From NCBI GenBank assembly GCA_050250255.1, contig JBFWOZ010000063.1, positions 1 through 13,734 of the forward strand: a stretch of DNA of 13,734 nucleotides, written 5' to 3'. Of this stretch, positions 1 through 8,970 are shown piece by piece (position 1 is the stretch's first letter; each line of letters opens with the position of its first letter). The DNA is from Bdellovibrionales bacterium (GTDB lineage: Bacteria; Bdellovibrionota; Bdellovibrionia; Bdellovibrionales; DASUEL01). The notes beneath the pieces were generated by a model. It saw only the letters and a program-made list of their open reading frames with translations. It was not told where the DNA came from and did no database searches. A program made the position numbers and the translations under genes.

Positions 1-3000
1 GATGCGGAGTTCACTCCTAAATCTTTCACTCTTCACGTCAAGACTCCACATGTACGTATTAAGCGAATAGAAAAAGTAGAAGAAGCACGCTCTGCTCAAA
101 AAATTAAAATTTCTAACTTTGGCATCGAAACACACATCATTCTCGAAAGAAATTCACTTCAAATTTCTTCTCTTAAACTCACAAATAAAGATTCAGTGGT
201 TGTAGGCGCTGGGTTTTTAGAAGGAGACATTGAAAATTTCAAATTCACAGCACAGCAAGTTCGCGCGCGACTCAATGTGGATTTAACCGACATGCGAGAC
301 CTGGCATTAAATTTTTTCCCGAAGCTCTCTATTCCCAATGTCTACGGACTTCTCGACACAAGCTTTCACGGACAGCAACGTGGCACTTTGCCTTGGGTTG
401 GGGAAGCTCAGTTGCGCACAAAAGATTTTAAAATAAATAAATTTTATCTTGGGGAGATTTCAAGCGATGTCGTCTTCAATGATCAGAAGGTCGACATAAA
501 AGAACTCAAGGTTCAGAGTAAAGCTGGGGAAATTCTTTTAGAAAAACCAACGATCTCCCTCGTTAACGAACATCCGTTTGAAGCGCGCCTAGTAGCCAAT
601 AACGTAGAACTGGCTCAATTTCTCTTGCAGCTTGGTATCGACGCTCCTCTGCACCTCTCTCTTCAAGGAGCCGTAGATTGCAAAGGTGTTTTAAAACCTG
701 AACCTACTGCTGAATGTACCGGGCAAGCAAAGGGCTCACAGTTTCGCGTTTTTGATAGCGACACCAACAAAACTGTTGTCGCTCTAAAAGAATTCAAATT
801 AGACGGTTCCACAAAAATCGATAACATCGGTGTTTATCCAAAAGTTGTAGCTCACGTTGGAACCTCCAAGGGCGACATTCAAGGTGAAGTGCTTTACGAA
901 AAAGGTTTTGTATTTAAATACAAAACGGATAATCTTCATTTTACAAATGTGGAAAACATCGCAGACCTCGGTTTGGAAGGCCATGCCGCTCTCACCGGTC
1001 AGACCGAGGGTAACAGCGATTACGCTACCATCGACATGGAAATTCAATCGACAGATTTGTGGCTCAGTGATTTTGCAATCGGTAACGCAAAAAGTGCACT
1101 TCAGTATAAGGCCGGTCAGCTCTACTTAAAAAAATTGAAGGGCGCCTATTTATCTACACAATATCAAGGTGATGTGACCGTCGACATTCCGAAAAAACGC
1201 ATTCGCGCCCATATTACAAGCCCAGTCATGGAACTTAACGATCTTCAAAAAGCCCTCGTTCGTAAAGCCGCTCTGCCATTTGAAAGTTATGGGTTAGGAT
1301 CTGGAACTATTGATGTCGAAGGACCGCTCGAATTTACGAAGCTCTCGTACGTAGTTAACACTCAATTTTCTCAAGGCTATGTCGGTCCCGAAAGTTTTGA
1401 CAAAGCGTTCTTTCATGTAAAATCTGAAAATGGAAACGTCAATGCCGAGCGAGTGGAAATTCTAAAAGGTCCTGGATCCATTCGTCTTAATGGAAAAGGT
1501 TTTCCAAACGGCAACATCGACACCACAATCGCAACAAGAAATCTCCCGCTCGAAGACATTCAGATGGTTGCGGATAAAGGAATGGGTTTAACAGGCGTAG
1601 TGAACGCCGACATGACCATGAAAGGTTATATCTTTAAACCTCAAATACACATTGCAGGTCGCGCTTCTCGAGTAGCGATGAATGAACAATCTCTCCCAGA
1701 CTCTGTCGCTACCATGAGCATCAACTCCTCCCTACTTGAAGGTAAAGCGGAAGTTATGGGCGGCAAGATTCTCACAGAATTTAAATTTCCTTTAAGTGAC
1801 GACGCTCCTTTTGCTTTCAAACTCACCACCGAAAAATATAATTTTGTACCTATTTTCTCGATCATCTCCGCTAACACTCGACAAATGGGATACGACACGG
1901 AACTTACGGCTAACATCAATCTCTCCTCGCCTCGCGGAGGCTATAAAAAAGCTTCAGGAACAATTGAAGTCTCTGCTTTCCGTATTACCCGCAACTCACT
2001 TTCGATGTCGATTTCTAAGCCCATCGATGTTCGTTTTCATGAAGGTGATGTGAAGGTCGAAAGTTTTTCTATTCGTGGAGACAACACACAACTCAACGCC
2101 ACCTCAAAATCTGCTGCTGACGGATCGCTCGTACAATTTTCTGGGTACGTGGACATGGGACTTCTCGGGTTCCTCACCCCTTTCCTTCAAGAAATTCGAG
2201 GTCTTTTTTCTTTCTCTTCGCAGATGAAGTTCGCCGACTCAGGTTTTGGGTTACAGGGCAATGGTTTTATCGAAAGAGGTTACCTCAAGGTAAAGGATTT
2301 CCCACACCCTGTTGAGCAATTACGCGCGGATTTCACCTTTAATGAAAAACGCGTCAACGTGAATACTTTTACTGGCCTTCTCGCCGGCGGAAAATTACAA
2401 GCCGAGGGGAATATCCGTTATGAAGCTTATAAAAACTTTCCGACCAATATTCGTCTTCGTTTCGAAGACACAACCATCCGTGTTCCCGAAGGTGTTTCGA
2501 GTCGAGGCTCCGGCGAAGCCACCATTACGGGCAGCTGGTTTCCTTTCCTTATGGAAGGAACTTACAACGTGACCGAGGGCTTCATGGATCGTTCTTTCCA
2601 GAACGAAGAGAATACGTCGATTCGACGTAGCTCTCTTTTACCAAAAATTCTTTTACAACAAGGTTTTGACCCGGTGGAATTTAGCCTACAGACACATATT
2701 CAAGGGCCCTACCAAGTAAGAAATTCTTTGCTCGACTCAGCGGTTACCGGCTCACTTCTCATTCGTGGCACACCTTCTAATCCCGTGCTGCTTGGAGAAA
2801 TTAAACCCGTCAAAGGCGGCCAAGTTTTCTTCCGTGATGTTCCTTTTACGATTATTACTGGTCTCGTACGTTTCGATACTCCTCAAGAGCTCAACCCGTA
2901 TATCTACGGCTCTGCGGTCGCACGCGTGAAGTCCCGAGAATATGACGTGAATCAGACCTCGCCAGGCTCCAAGTCCACGGTACAGGAGCGAAGTCGTACG

Positions 3001-3495
3001 AAAGATTATGAAGTGAATATCCTCATTCAAGGCCGTATGAAGAATGCAAAAATTAATCTCACGAGCCAACCCCCACTGGAAGATCACGATATTATTTCCC
3101 TACTCGCACTCGGTGTAACCTCACAGCAACTCGAACGTAGAGAGTCTGGAGAACAAGCTGCCGATTTAGGATCTGCCATCCTTTCCCAGAACCTCGCAAT
3201 TAAAAATAAACTCTTTGATGTGAAGATTTCGTCTTCTGGCGCTGCAGAAGACACCAACGTGGCGGACCAGAAGGTGACCCTTAGTCGACAGTGGTCTCCA
3301 CGAACCAGTACGAGCGTAGGCCGAACATTACGGAGCAACGTGACAGACGCGAAATTAAAATATGACCTCAATGATAATTTAGCAGCTATTCTTAATTGGG
3401 AAGGTCGTCAGACTTCAGAAGAAACAACAAAGACGACAAATAAAGCCAACGACGTTCTCGGCGTGGGTTTAGAGTACGGAGTAGAATTTAAGTGA
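1..3495 (+). CDS. tamB: Translocation/assembly module TamB-like protein (AsmA-like beta-taco repeats with C-terminal DUF490-type region); 5'-partial
   Basis: The frame of the 196..3495 ORF is open back to base 1 (DAEFTPKSFTLHVKT...), so the real start lies upstream of the window. It encodes >1160 aa of Gly-rich amphipathic beta-strands. The C-terminus has TamB-typical segments (GSLLIRGTPSNPVLLG; LTSQPPLEDHDIISLLALG; terminal GVGLEYGVEFK). An Omp85 gene follows directly. Confidence 0.88.
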   Translation, partial: DAEFTPKSFTLHVKTPHVRIKRIEKVEEARSAQKIKISNFGIETHIILERNSLQISSLKLTNKDSVVVGAGFLEGDIENFKFTAQQVRARLNVDLTDMRDLALNFFPKLSIPNVYGLLDTSFHGQQRGTLPWVGEAQLRTKDFKINKFYLGEISSDVVFNDQKVDIKELKVQSKAGEILLEKPTISLVNEHPFEARLVANNVELAQFLLQLGIDAPLHLSLQGAVDCKGVLKPEPTAECTGQAKGSQFRVFDSDTNKTVVALKEFKLDGSTKIDNIGVYPKVVAHVGTSKGDIQGEVLYEKGFVFKYKTDNLHFTNVENIADLGLEGHAALTGQTEGNSDYATIDMEIQSTDLWLSDFAIGNAKSALQYKAGQLYLKKLKGAYLSTQYQGDVTVDIPKKRIRAHITSPVMELNDLQKALVRKAALPFESYGLGSGTIDVEGPLEFTKLSYVVNTQFSQGYVGPESFDKAFFHVKSENGNVNAERVEILKGPGSIRLNGKGFPNGNIDTTIATRNLPLEDIQMVADKGMGLTGVVNADMTMKGYIFKPQIHIAGRASRVAMNEQSLPDSVATMSINSSLLEGKAEVMGGKILTEFKFPLSDDAPFAFKLTTEKYNFVPIFSIISANTRQMGYDTELTANINLSSPRGGYKKASGTIEVSAFRITRNSLSMSISKPIDVRFHEGDVKVESFSIRGDNTQLNATSKSAADGSLVQFSGYVDMGLLGFLTPFLQEIRGLFSFSSQMKFADSGFGLQGNGFIERGYLKVKDFPHPVEQLRADFTFNEKRVNVNTFTGLLAGGKLQAEGNIRYEAYKNFPTNIRLRFEDTTIRVPEGVSSRGSGEATITGSWFPFLMEGTYNVTEGFMDRSFQNEENTSIRRSSLLPKILLQQGFDPVEFSLQTHIQGPYQVRNSLLDSAVTGSLLIRGTPSNPVLLGEIKPVKGGQVFFRDVPFTIITGLVRFDTPQELNPYIYGSAVARVKSREYDVNQTSPGSKSTVQERSRTKDYEVNILIQGRMKNAKINLTSQPPLEDHDIISLLALGVTSQQLERRESGEQAADLGSAILSQNLAIKNKLFDVKISSSGAAEDTNVADQKVTLSRQWSPRTSTSVGRTLRSNVTDAKLKYDLNDNLAAILNWEGRQTSEETTKTTNKANDVLGVGLEYGVEFK

Positions 3496-6338
3496 TGCGG
3501 CCATGGCGTTTTCTTACGCTCAGTCTATGCTTAGCAGTCCAAGCTGTGTCCTTGGCTTATGCACAAAACCGCAATCTTCAATATTTCGGTGTCCTCCCCG
3601 ACGATCAAAAGCTTATTGAAAAAAAATATCCATCGACTTCAAACATGGATCTTGAAACCGTGGATGAGTTATTAGCTTCTCTCTTTAAAACAAACCATTA
3701 CGAAGTCGTCGAAGCTCGACGTGGTAAAAATGGCGGTGTGGCCATAGTGGCGCGCCCCATAGAAATCGTGACCGATATTGAGATCTCCGGAAACGGCGAA
3801 ATGAGCCGTCGTGAGATCTTAGAGAAACTTGGACTGGTGGAAGGCAAAGGGCTGCCACGTAAACAAATTCTCGAGCAGTCTGATCAAATTATTGAAGCTT
3901 ACAAAAAAATTGGTTACCTCAATGCGAAAATCAATATCAGCTTTGATAACAGCGTGCAGGGTCAGGCCAAGGTCAAAATCGATATCCAAGAGGGCCGTCC
4001 TTGCATCGTTAAAGCCATCGAGATTGAAACGCCTAATCAAGCACTCAAGAATAAACTTTCCTCTCTCGTAAGAGGGGAATTGGAAGAGGAATATCGCTCC
4101 ACTCTTTCTGAAAACATTCAGCAACAGTTTACGGATTATTTCGTAGAAGAGCGCTATCTCAATGCCACAATCGTTGAGCCTGAAATCCATTTTAGCGAGA
4201 ACAAGGAAGAAGCCTACCTCAAATTCACCATTGAGAACCCTTACCGCTACTTTGTAATTTACGAAGGTAATACTTTTTACGATTCTTCGCGTATCTCCAA
4301 GCTCCTTCGCCTCAACACAAACGAACGCTTGGGATTAAACCCTTCTGCAGAATTAGCAGATCGTCTCCGTATGGTTTATTTAAAAGCGGGCTTTGCCAAT
4401 GTAAAAGTCACTTTTGAAGAGAAAATTCTTACCGGTGAGTTTACGAAAAAACTAAAATTAAAAATTGAAGAGAGCTTACGTGTTCGTATTAAAAAAATTG
4501 AAGTGAATGGGAAAATATCTAAAGATTCCAACTTCTACGAAGAGTTTATTGAGGAACATAGTAGTGATCTGATTGATCTTGGTTACTACAATACCGAAGA
4601 TTTTGAGGTGGGTTACAAAAATCTTATCACTGAACTTCAAAACCAAGGTTATCTTCAAGCGAAACTTCTCTCTTCGCGAGCCGAATTCCAACAGCGTGGA
4701 CAATTCGTCATAATTCGAGTTTTTATTGATGAAGGACCACAAACTTATATTAAAAATATCACTTTCAAAGGGCTAAACGCTTTCAGTTCGGACACACTCC
4801 TTAACATCGTCAGAATGAAACAGGGCGATCCATTAAGCCTCAACACTCTTGAGAGTAGTCTCCCTAAATTAAAAGAGTTCTATGCTTCTAAAGGTTATTT
4901 AGACATGAAGGTTTTGGACGATCCCTCCAAACTTATCAGTTACAACGAGACCAATACCGAAGCCGCCGTGGAGTTTGACATCCAAGAAGGTCCTCAAGTA
5001 GTTGTGAATTCGATTCTCATTCAAGGAAATGGCATGACAAAGGATGATGTCATTTTGAAGGAGATTGAGTTTAAACCTACAGATATTTTAACGAGTCAAA
5101 ACTTAAGTGATTCAGAATTTCGTCTTCAGCGTTTAGGATTATTTTCTTCGGTGGCTATTCGAACCATCGAGAAAGACTCCAGTATCGCCCAACGTACCGT
5201 GGTGATTGAAGTTGCTGAACGCAATCCGGGACTCTTTAATTTTGGTGCTATTGTGAACAATGAGCTCGGTGAAGAATACGGCGTCAGTATTCTTGGATAC
5301 ACCGGAATCGCCTATCGAAATCTAGGCGGCACAGCACGCGCGATTTCAACTCGTGCAGAAGTGAACGTGAACTTACAAACTCGTTTCGTAGAACATGATA
5401 TCAATGCAGGATACCTGGAGCCTTTTATTTTTGGCGATCGCATACGTGGTCGAGTCAATCTCAATCGCAGTATGAAAATTTTTAAAGTAGAGAAAGACCA
5501 ATTAATTGGTCTCGAAACAAACCAAATTACAACTAGCCTCGATAAAGATCTTTCACGCACCGTAAAATTTAGCTGGAACACTTGGAGCCTTGCAACGACG
5601 AGAAAGTTTCAAGCGGTAAAAATTAATACCGATAAGACATTTGCTGAAGAAAAGCTCACCATTGCCACTATTGGTCCAACTTTAGAATGGGATAAACGTG
5701 ACAATCCTTTTTCGCCCACCACGGGGCTTTTTTACCGCTTCAACGGGGAATATTCTGACCCGTTACTAGGTAGCACATCGACTATGGAAAGAGCCGTAAA
5801 ATATTATAAAGTGAATTCCACATTCAATACTTATGCACGACTTTATGGACCACGGCTTGTATGGGCAAATTCAGTGCGTGGTGGTTATCTGCAAAATTTG
5901 AGTGATAAATCTCAAGGTCAAGTTCCTGAGGAAGCGATGTTTTCAATTGGCGGACGTTCGACCATTCGAGGTTACGAACCTGCCAGTATTCCTCCACGAG
6001 AAGAATTCACACAGAAATTAGGATTAACAAATTCGGCAGGCGAAACTATTCCTATGTTTGTAAAAACCGATAGCCATTATTACCTTTTTAAATCTGAGTT
6101 TCGTTTTCCTCTCTATGGAGAGGTGGGTGGGGTTATCTTTTATGATGGCGGTTCAGTGAGGATTTCGGGCATACGATTTAATGATGAATACCGCGATGCG
6201 TGGGGTGTCGGCATACGTTACAACACTCCAGTGGGCCCTATTAGCGCGGAAATGGCTTGGAAGTTAGATCGTAATAAGGATACGCAAGGGAATGATGAAT
6301 CTCCTTCGCGCTTTCACTTCTCCATTGGCGCATTCTAG
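3492..6338 (+). CDS. Omp85-superfamily outer-membrane assembly factor (BamA/TamA family) with about 7 POTRA domains and a C-terminal beta-barrel
   Basis: N-terminal signal peptide (…AVSLAYA|Q). Repeated POTRA signatures (I.I.GN…Y…GYL.A.V…I.EGP). Barrel loop-6 motif FSIGGRSTIRGY (VRGF/Y-type), GVGIRYNTPVGPI and C-terminal beta-signal FHFSIGAF. The start overlaps the tamB stop (GTGATG: GTG 3492 or ATG 3495). Confidence 0.92.
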   Translation: MMRPWRFLTLSLCLAVQAVSLAYAQNRNLQYFGVLPDDQKLIEKKYPSTSNMDLETVDELLASLFKTNHYEVVEARRGKNGGVAIVARPIEIVTDIEISGNGEMSRREILEKLGLVEGKGLPRKQILEQSDQIIEAYKKIGYLNAKINISFDNSVQGQAKVKIDIQEGRPCIVKAIEIETPNQALKNKLSSLVRGELEEEYRSTLSENIQQQFTDYFVEERYLNATIVEPEIHFSENKEEAYLKFTIENPYRYFVIYEGNTFYDSSRISKLLRLNTNERLGLNPSAELADRLRMVYLKAGFANVKVTFEEKILTGEFTKKLKLKIEESLRVRIKKIEVNGKISKDSNFYEEFIEEHSSDLIDLGYYNTEDFEVGYKNLITELQNQGYLQAKLLSSRAEFQQRGQFVIIRVFIDEGPQTYIKNITFKGLNAFSSDTLLNIVRMKQGDPLSLNTLESSLPKLKEFYASKGYLDMKVLDDPSKLISYNETNTEAAVEFDIQEGPQVVVNSILIQGNGMTKDDVILKEIEFKPTDILTSQNLSDSEFRLQRLGLFSSVAIRTIEKDSSIAQRTVVIEVAERNPGLFNFGAIVNNELGEEYGVSILGYTGIAYRNLGGTARAISTRAEVNVNLQTRFVEHDINAGYLEPFIFGDRIRGRVNLNRSMKIFKVEKDQLIGLETNQITTSLDKDLSRTVKFSWNTWSLATTRKFQAVKINTDKTFAEEKLTIATIGPTLEWDKRDNPFSPTTGLFYRFNGEYSDPLLGSTSTMERAVKYYKVNSTFNTYARLYGPRLVWANSVRGGYLQNLSDKSQGQVPEEAMFSIGGRSTIRGYEPASIPPREEFTQKLGLTNSAGETIPMFVKTDSHYYLFKSEFRFPLYGEVGGVIFYDGGSVRISGIRFNDEYRDAWGVGIRYNTPVGPISAEMAWKLDRNKDTQGNDESPSRFHFSIGAF

Positions 6339-6352
6339 TTTAAAATAGCTTC

Positions 6353-6700
6353 ATGACTGTTAACGATTCGACTCGTAAACCACATGACAATGATCATGCC
6401 CATGAAAATGACGCAGATACCCTTACCGTTGAAGAGACACAGACAAAAACTCCTTCGATGTACAAAGTTTTACTGCTCAACGATGACTTTACTCCAATGG
6501 ATTTTGTAGTTCATGTTCTTAAAAAGTTTTTCCACAAAGACGAAGATGCCGCGACAAAAATTATGCTACAGGTTCATCACGACGGCTTCGGAATTGCAGG
6601 CATCTACACCTATGAAGTGGCAGAAACAAAAGTTTCGCTGGTAAACAGTTATGCGCAAAGTAAGAATCATCCGCTCCGCTCAACCCTTGAAACAGAATAA
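6353..6700 (+). CDS. clpS: ATP-dependent Clp protease adaptor ClpS (N-degron recognin)
   Basis: Signature [39 protein letters not shown] and HPLR; lies directly upstream of clpA. Confidence 0.97.
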   Translation: MTVNDSTRKPHDNDHAHENDADTLTVEETQTKTPSMYKVLLLNDDFTPMDFVVHVLKKFFHKDEDAATKIMLQVHHDGFGIAGIYTYEVAETKVSLVNSYAQSKNHPLRSTLETE

Positions 6701-6704
6701 GAGG
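6701..6704 (+). promoter_or_regulatory. Shine-Dalgarno site for clpA
   Basis: GAGG immediately after the clpS TAA and 7 nt before ATG 6712. Confidence 0.6.
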
Positions 6705-6711
6705 AATTTAT

Positions 6712-8970
6712 ATGCTTTCAGAAAGTGTTAATAAAATTCTCAATTTTGCTGTGGAAGAAGCTAAGAATCGTCGTCATGAGTTTGTAACGCCAGAGCATGT
6801 TCTCTGGGCTTGTTTACAAGACGAAGATGCCAATCAAATTTTGCAAAATTGTGGTGCGAATTTACAAGGACTCGAAGCTCAACTTAAAGAATTTTTAGAA
6901 ACTAAATTAGAAACATTAAAGGTGGAAGAAGCCGATTGGGCCGAATGGCTCCCGCAATTTTCACTCTCTTTCCAACGCATTCTCCAGCGGGCCGTGATTC
7001 AAGTACAGAATGCGGGTAAAAACCGTGTGTCTCCTGGGCACCTCCTTGTCTCCTTAGTGGGAGAAAATAAATCTCACGCCGCTCACTTCTTAAAAACTCA
7101 TGGAGTCGAGCGTGTGGATGTAGTCAACGCTGTAGCACATGGTCCTGGCTCTAGCACCGAAAAATCAGCTCTCCCTAACGGTGAGGCAAACTCATCTACT
7201 AAAAATCCACTTCTTAACTACACGGTCAATCTCAATCAGCGAGCCACTGATGGCAAAGTTGATCCTCTTATTGGACGTGAAGATATCTTAGAACGCATGA
7301 TACAAACGCTTTCTCGACGTACAAAAAATAATCCACTTCTTACAGGAGAGCCCGGAGTTGGAAAAACGGCTATCGCAGAAGGTCTCGCACTTCAAATTGT
7401 GGAGAAACGCGTTCCCACCGTACTAGAAGATGCGGTGATTTATTCTCTCGATATGGCTTCACTTCTTGCGGGGACAAAGTTTCGAGGAGATTTTGAGGAA
7501 CGTCTAAAGGCCGTCATTCGTGCCATTGAAGCCGAACCCCATGCCATTCTCTTTGTAGATGAAATTCATACGGTTGTAGGAGCAGGTAGCACTTCGAGCG
7601 GATCGTTAGATGCTTCAAACATGCTCAAACCGGCACTTTCTAACGGTCGCATCAGTTGTATTGGTTCGACGACGGATAAAGAATTTCGAAAACATTTCGA
7701 AAAAGATCACGCCCTCGCAAGACGCTTTCAAAAGATTGATGTACCAGAACCTACTAGCGAAGACACAATGAAAATCTTAAAAGGCCTTCGAAAAAAATAT
7801 GAAGATTTTCATCACGTACAAATCCCTGATGACAGCATTGATTCCGCCGTAAAGCTCGCGGTTCAGTACATTACAGACCGCTGCCTGCCCGATAAAGCTA
7901 TCGATGTTATGGACGAAGCCTGCGCTCGTAAGAAATTAAAAGCGGGTTTTCGTGAAGGCGACATCGTTACCGTACACGACATGGAAGCGACGATTTCTGT
8001 GATGGCACGAGTTCCTGCAGAACGAGTCACAACCGATGATCGTACAAAACTTAAAAACCTTGAGAAAAATTTAAAGCTTATGATCTTTGGTCAAAACAAA
8101 GCCATCGATTCTCTGGTGGATGTCATTAAGCTTTCTCGAAGCGGGCTTCGTAAAACAGAAAAGCCCATTGGTTCCTTTTTGTTTGTGGGTCCAACGGGAG
8201 TTGGAAAAACAGAACTGACTAAACAGCTCGCACAGCTTTTGAGCATTCCATTTATCCGCTTTGACATGAGTGAATATATGGAAAAGCATACGGTTTCTCG
8301 ACTTGTCGGAGCACCTCCCGGCTACGTCGGTTTTGATGACGGTGGTCTTTTAACTGAGGCCGTACATAAAAGCCCACACTGCGTACTGCTCATGGATGAA
8401 GTGGAAAAAGCCCATCACGATTTAGTAAATATTCTTTTGCAAATTATGGATTATGGAAAGCTCACCGACACCAACGGGCGTCGCGTGGATTTCCGTAACG
8501 TGATTTTAGTGATGACCAGCAACGCTGGAGCTCGTGAAGCGAGTAAACCAGGTCTTGGAATCACTTCGGTGGCTCATAAAGGTCGTACGCTGGAAGCGGT
8601 TAAGACAGCATTCTCTCCTGAGTTCATCAACCGTCTCGACGCCGTTGTGGAGTTCAGTACACTGAGCGACGAAGTGGTTAAACGAGTGGTGGATAAATTT
8701 ATTATCGAAGTGCAGGAAAAATTGACTCCTCAAAAAATTGAGCTGGAACTCACCGATGAAGTGCGAGATTGGATCGCAAAAACAGGCTTTGATCCTTTAT
8801 ACGGAGCCCGACCGATTGCCCGTATCATTGATGATAAGATTAAGAAGCCTCTAGCGAATGAAATTCTTTTTGGAAAACTGAGCGAAGGTGGCAAAGTCAC
8901 CGTCGCTCTCAAAAAGGATGAATTACAATTTAAGATTGAAAGACTCGAGATCGAGTCCGTCAGAAGTTAG
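6712..8970 (+). CDS. clpA: ATP-dependent Clp protease ATP-binding subunit ClpA
   Basis: Clp N-domain ([12 protein letters not shown]). Two AAA+ modules: Walker A GEPGVGKT and GPTGVGKT, Walker B ILFVDEIH and LLMDEVEK, pore loops GTKFRGDF and GAPPGYVG, sensor YGARPIAR. At 752 aa it lacks the ClpB/ClpC middle domain, and it follows clpS. Confidence 0.96.
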   Translation: MLSESVNKILNFAVEEAKNRRHEFVTPEHVLWACLQDEDANQILQNCGANLQGLEAQLKEFLETKLETLKVEEADWAEWLPQFSLSFQRILQRAVIQVQNAGKNRVSPGHLLVSLVGENKSHAAHFLKTHGVERVDVVNAVAHGPGSSTEKSALPNGEANSSTKNPLLNYTVNLNQRATDGKVDPLIGREDILERMIQTLSRRTKNNPLLTGEPGVGKTAIAEGLALQIVEKRVPTVLEDAVIYSLDMASLLAGTKFRGDFEERLKAVIRAIEAEPHAILFVDEIHTVVGAGSTSSGSLDASNMLKPALSNGRISCIGSTTDKEFRKHFEKDHALARRFQKIDVPEPTSEDTMKILKGLRKKYEDFHHVQIPDDSIDSAVKLAVQYITDRCLPDKAIDVMDEACARKKLKAGFREGDIVTVHDMEATISVMARVPAERVTTDDRTKLKNLEKNLKLMIFGQNKAIDSLVDVIKLSRSGLRKTEKPIGSFLFVGPTGVGKTELTKQLAQLLSIPFIRFDMSEYMEKHTVSRLVGAPPGYVGFDDGGLLTEAVHKSPHCVLLMDEVEKAHHDLVNILLQIMDYGKLTDTNGRRVDFRNVILVMTSNAGAREASKPGLGITSVAHKGRTLEAVKTAFSPEFINRLDAVVEFSTLSDEVVKRVVDKFIIEVQEKLTPQKIELELTDEVRDWIAKTGFDPLYGARPIARIIDDKIKKPLANEILFGKLSEGGKVTVALKKDELQFKIERLEIESVRS

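Noticed and set aside
196..198. GTG 196 as the start of tamB
   Set aside because: The frame is open from base 1 and no N-terminal membrane anchor follows, so the gene begins upstream of the window.
799..5581. Short alternative-frame and antisense ORFs inside tamB and Omp85 (799-1047, 857-1129, 1641-1919, 1796-2053, 2752-3087, 3084-3371, 3819-4190, 3829-4071, 4476-4742, 5312-5581)
   Set aside because: Fully nested in long, well-supported genes, with no recognisable motifs; expected shadow ORFs.
8071..8912. Antisense ORFs within clpA (8071-8289, 8506-8733, 8730-8912)
   Set aside because: Shadows of a conserved gene with no independent evidence.
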